From the NCBI GenBank assembly GCA_965603825.1, contig CBFDEM010000019.1, positions 1-64,000 on the forward strand: DNA of 64,000 bases, written 5' to 3'. Below, one piece after another: positions 60,639-64,000 of this stretch (its first letter is position 1; each line of letters opens with the position of its first letter). Source of the stretch: Blepharisma stoltei ATCC 30299. Taxonomy: Eukaryota > Protista > Ciliophora. The notes under the pieces are model-generated. The model searched no databases and was not told where the DNA came from. It was given only the letters and a program-made list of their open reading frames with translations. The position numbers were made by a program, and so were the translations under genes.

Positions 60639-61403
60639 ATGTTTGAAAACGTGTACTCTATCTCCCAAAAAATCGATGAAACTATTACCAGACGACTTGG
60701 CTGCTTACTTACAGGACACTCCATAGAAGAAAATTTCCCCGAACTTCAACGAATTCTACCACAGCCTATAATCCCAAGCTTATCTGACAATCCAAAGCAC
60801 AGCAGGCTTTCCTCTCTCCAATACGACCACCAGCTTCTTCAAGAATGAAAAGAAATGGCCTCTTTGCTTCACCTTGTAAACCAAGACCGAATTCGGCTAC
60901 GAGACCTCAATTTTGAGCTTCTCACCTTAATTCACAAAGGCAGCATTTCTTCTACAGATTTCGGTGCCTTTCTTGCCAAAACTCAACAAATTAATTATGA
61001 AATTCTCAAGAAATCTCTTGAAAAAGAACGAGAAAAAAACGAAAAACTTCTAAAAAAATTAGAAGAAAAATCCTTAAAAAAAGAAAATTCCACACAAACT
61101 GAGGAAAAGAAGGAAAATGTAACAGGAATAAATTTGCAAAAAATTGATATGCTGGGACTTTCGTTCCATGATGCGCTGACGCCTATGAGTTGTAGGGGAC
61201 ATTCAAGGATGGGGTCAGATATTTCGATGTGCTCATGACAAAGTACAGATAGTTTGGAAAATTCGACGCTTAATACGAGTACTTTCTCAACGAGGGCGTC
61301 TACGGTTGAGTTGAGCAGTAAACTGCCGAGAAATGCAAATAAAGGGGCGAAAAGGTCGTCGTGCATACAAATTGGAAGCAAAATAGGGAAACCAAAAAAT
61401 TAA
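60639..61403 (+). CDS. Hypothetical coiled-coil protein
   Basis: Two ORF pieces plus a tail joined at TGA=W, ending TAA at 61401. Confidence 0.65.
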
Positions 61404-61437
61404 TAACAAGATTATTGTTAAGTAATATTAGATATGT

Positions 61438-62199
61438 CTAAGGCATAAATACATTTTCTAGAGGCTTTTTAATTTTTTGTCCAGGCCGATTTTGCGGATT
61501 TTTTTTATCAAATCTAGAAGATGCTTCGTAAGTCCCTGGACCAGGCACCATTGATAATTCTTTATTTGTGAATTTATACCTTCCACCAAACCCAAAGCCA
61601 ATGTTTGAAAACCTATTTTTATATGCTAAGCTCAGTCTTGGCGTATAATAATTCGGCCCTGGCACAATTTTTCTGGAATCTATTGCTTCACATCGGGATT
61701 TTAACAAAAATCCTTTATTTTTCCCAGAAACTTCTCTGGATATTTCATACTGCCCAGGCCCAGGAATATCTCTGTGGCAATCCCATGATTCTCTTCCAGT
61801 TTCTTCTGAATTTAATCTTTTATGCATAATAGGCCCTGACCTTGAAAATAAATTTGACTTAGGCTCATATGCATTTGGAGGAGGACTTTCGACAGCTTTT
61901 CACTGATACCTTCCTCCATATCCTTGAGTTGTAGCTCTAGGAGATAAAGTACTTCCTAAATTAGGAATAGGGACTTCAGATGTATCATTGGCATCATCAT
62001 GGAAACGTTTCGCTTTGGAAAACGACCAGTGGATTACACTTCGTGTCAATGTTGTAGCGGACTGACCAAACACTCCATTAGAGGAGATCATGCTTGCACC
62101 TGTAAGAGGCCGATTTTGAGAGGATTGGAGATTATTTCGTGGAGATGTAAAAAGGGAAGACCTTGTTTGCAGTTGTGGAAGTGATGAGCTCGTCTCCAT
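61438..62199 (-). CDS. ODF3/SHIPPO (STPG-repeat) ciliary protein
   Basis: PPPNAY, PGPGQY, PGPNYY, PGPGTY repeats; FSKAKRF. Confidence 0.82.
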
Positions 62200-62384
62200 T
62201 TTATTTTTAAGTAGATTCTGATATTATTACAATAGAAAATTAGGAAAAAATATCCAGCTAGGGAGATTTTAACTATGATTAAATGAACAGAAAACACAAT
62301 ACAAATAAAATACTGGATTATTTTAGAAAAAAAAATTTTAATAAATTTTATAGACTAGAAATATGATTTTTTTAAAATATTAGG

Positions 62385-64000
62385 TTAAACAACTTTATCT
62401 TCGTTGTAACTTTCATCGTATTGGTCGCCTTCATATTCAGAGCTACTATGAGATTTAGAGCTATTAGAACTTGAGCTACTAGAACTGCTTGAACTCTTTT
62501 TATGTTTTTTATCACTTTTTTCTTTTTTCTGACCTGCTCCTTTTACAGCTTCTCCATCTACATGGAAATCGATCAAGCTTTTATGTAACTTCCCAAATTC
62601 TAGAATCCAATTTTTTACAAAATTCAAAGCTTCTTTATCTTCAACTTCTGATTTTAGTTTTTCTAAATTTTCTGCATATTCTAAAATTTTTTCTAATAAA
62701 GCTCCTCTGGTATCTATATCAATATCAATCCCAGTCTGCATGGCCTGGGTCATTTTTTCTTCTACTAAATCGCACAGTTCTTTGCACTGTTTATTCACAA
62801 TTTCTATAAACTCTTGGACATTTTCTTCTTCTGCTTCTTCTGCCTGTTCTTGTTCTCCTTCACTGCTACTTGACTGTTTTTCTTCTTTTTCGTGGCTTTG
62901 GCTGAATTTTACTTCTTCTAGTAACGATCTTTCTTCTCTAGAAAATTCTTTGCTGATTTCAGCTTCTTTAATAGCTTTTTGTTTTTCATCTAAAAATTTA
63001 TTTCTATAATATTCGTCATTAGGATTTGGGTGGTCTGTAGAATATTGCCCTGATGGGATATGGCGATATTTAATATATCCACGGCTATCAGACACAACTT
63101 CCCATCCTTCAGGCAAATTCGCCCCTAAAGCTTCTTGAGCTATCCAATAATACCCTTTGTCTTCAATAGAATCCATTCCTAAAAACCTTGCATATGTATC
63201 AACACTTTGAAATCTTGATGGCTTTTGCAGCTGGAATTTTCTATGTTTTTCATATCTTTTTCTAATCATCGCCAAACTGACTCCATTGGGAGTAATAAAG
63301 CTTCTCATTGCATACTGTAACCCATCATCATTACATTTTATTGATAAAATTTTTCTCAAAATTTCAGGTGACACAAATTTGTCCCTCCCATAATCCGTTT
63401 GTTTAGACACCCCACTCTGGTCAAATCCAAAAACTGCTGAAATTGAATCTGAGCTTTCAGCCAAATTAATGATTTCGTGGAACACCGAAAAATAATCTCC
63501 CCAATGGGTAAGTTTTTCATCTGTGATTACATTAGTTTCTATAAAATCATTCCTGTCCTTAAAATAAACCCCTATATCCCACCAGCTTCCTTTCCCATAG
63601 CTTGGTATTATATTATATTCTTGCTTCTGTCTCGCATAATAATTTACACTAAATCCTGAGCTTAATAACGGAGCTTTATCATTATCTTTTCCTTCTAATA
63701 ATTCTTTTGACAATGATTTTGCCATGACCCTTAAATCGCCACATTCTGGGGTAATACAAATTGTAGCGATTCCATGGGATTTTAGCATGTCAATGAATTG
63801 GCAGCCTTTTCCATTAGGTGAACGTAATGATAAAAGAAGATTATCTCCAATTGCTTCTATTTCTAAATCATCACTGCAGCGGGTTCAGGAAAAAACTAAA
63901 TAGGAGAGCTCTGGGCGAGGAATTGGGACTAATCCAACAGCAATAATGGTGTTTCCTTTTGTGGAGACTTTTAGAGTAACTTGAGCGTCCATATAGCCTT
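62385..64000 (-). CDS. Partial gene (5' end at or beyond the window edge) with an internal CEP164-type WW module
   Basis: Frame open to the edge via TGA=W; YARFLGMD...WIAQEAL...LPEGW...STDHP..DEYYR. Confidence 0.72.

Noticed and set aside
8149-63659. Many antisense ORFs in the track (e.g. 8149, 8934, 11046, 12447, 18513, 21459, 60995, 62489)
   Set aside because: Shadows of well-supported genes on the opposite strand, with no independent motifs

Overview
Telomeric end of a heterotrich ciliate macronuclear chromosome, most consistent with Blepharisma. Three things support this: a (CCCTAACA)n telomere at 1-2259, UGA read as Trp (TAA and TAG are the stops), and 15-nt GT-AG introns. The supplied ORF track uses the standard code and therefore fragments most genes; I rejoined them by hand. 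Positions 8.4-41.4 kb and 60.6-64 kb are very compact housekeeping genes (HIRA, PABPN1, NDUFA5, STOML2, FZR1, CEP350-like, AGC kinase, kinesin-3, TPR-SET, USP, CEP131 and others). Two accessory zones (2.3-8.1 kb and 41.6-60.4 kb) hold the unusual material. (i) Seven copies (A-G) of a Kelch-like propeller + TPR gene with a near-invariant scaffold, hypervariable patches, 5-7 TPR units and patchwork sequence sharing between copies. (ii) A LINE-type reverse-transcriptase fragment sitting in place of the 5' end of the tandem copies. (iii) A sharp shared 3' boundary (AAATTCGAT) that is also the telomere-addition point. (iv) An inverted, circularly permuted duplicate of the subtelomeric block, including Ctr copper transporters. 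(v) A six-member family of small basic proteins ending in a (L/F)CxxxDF-like motif that I do not recognise.
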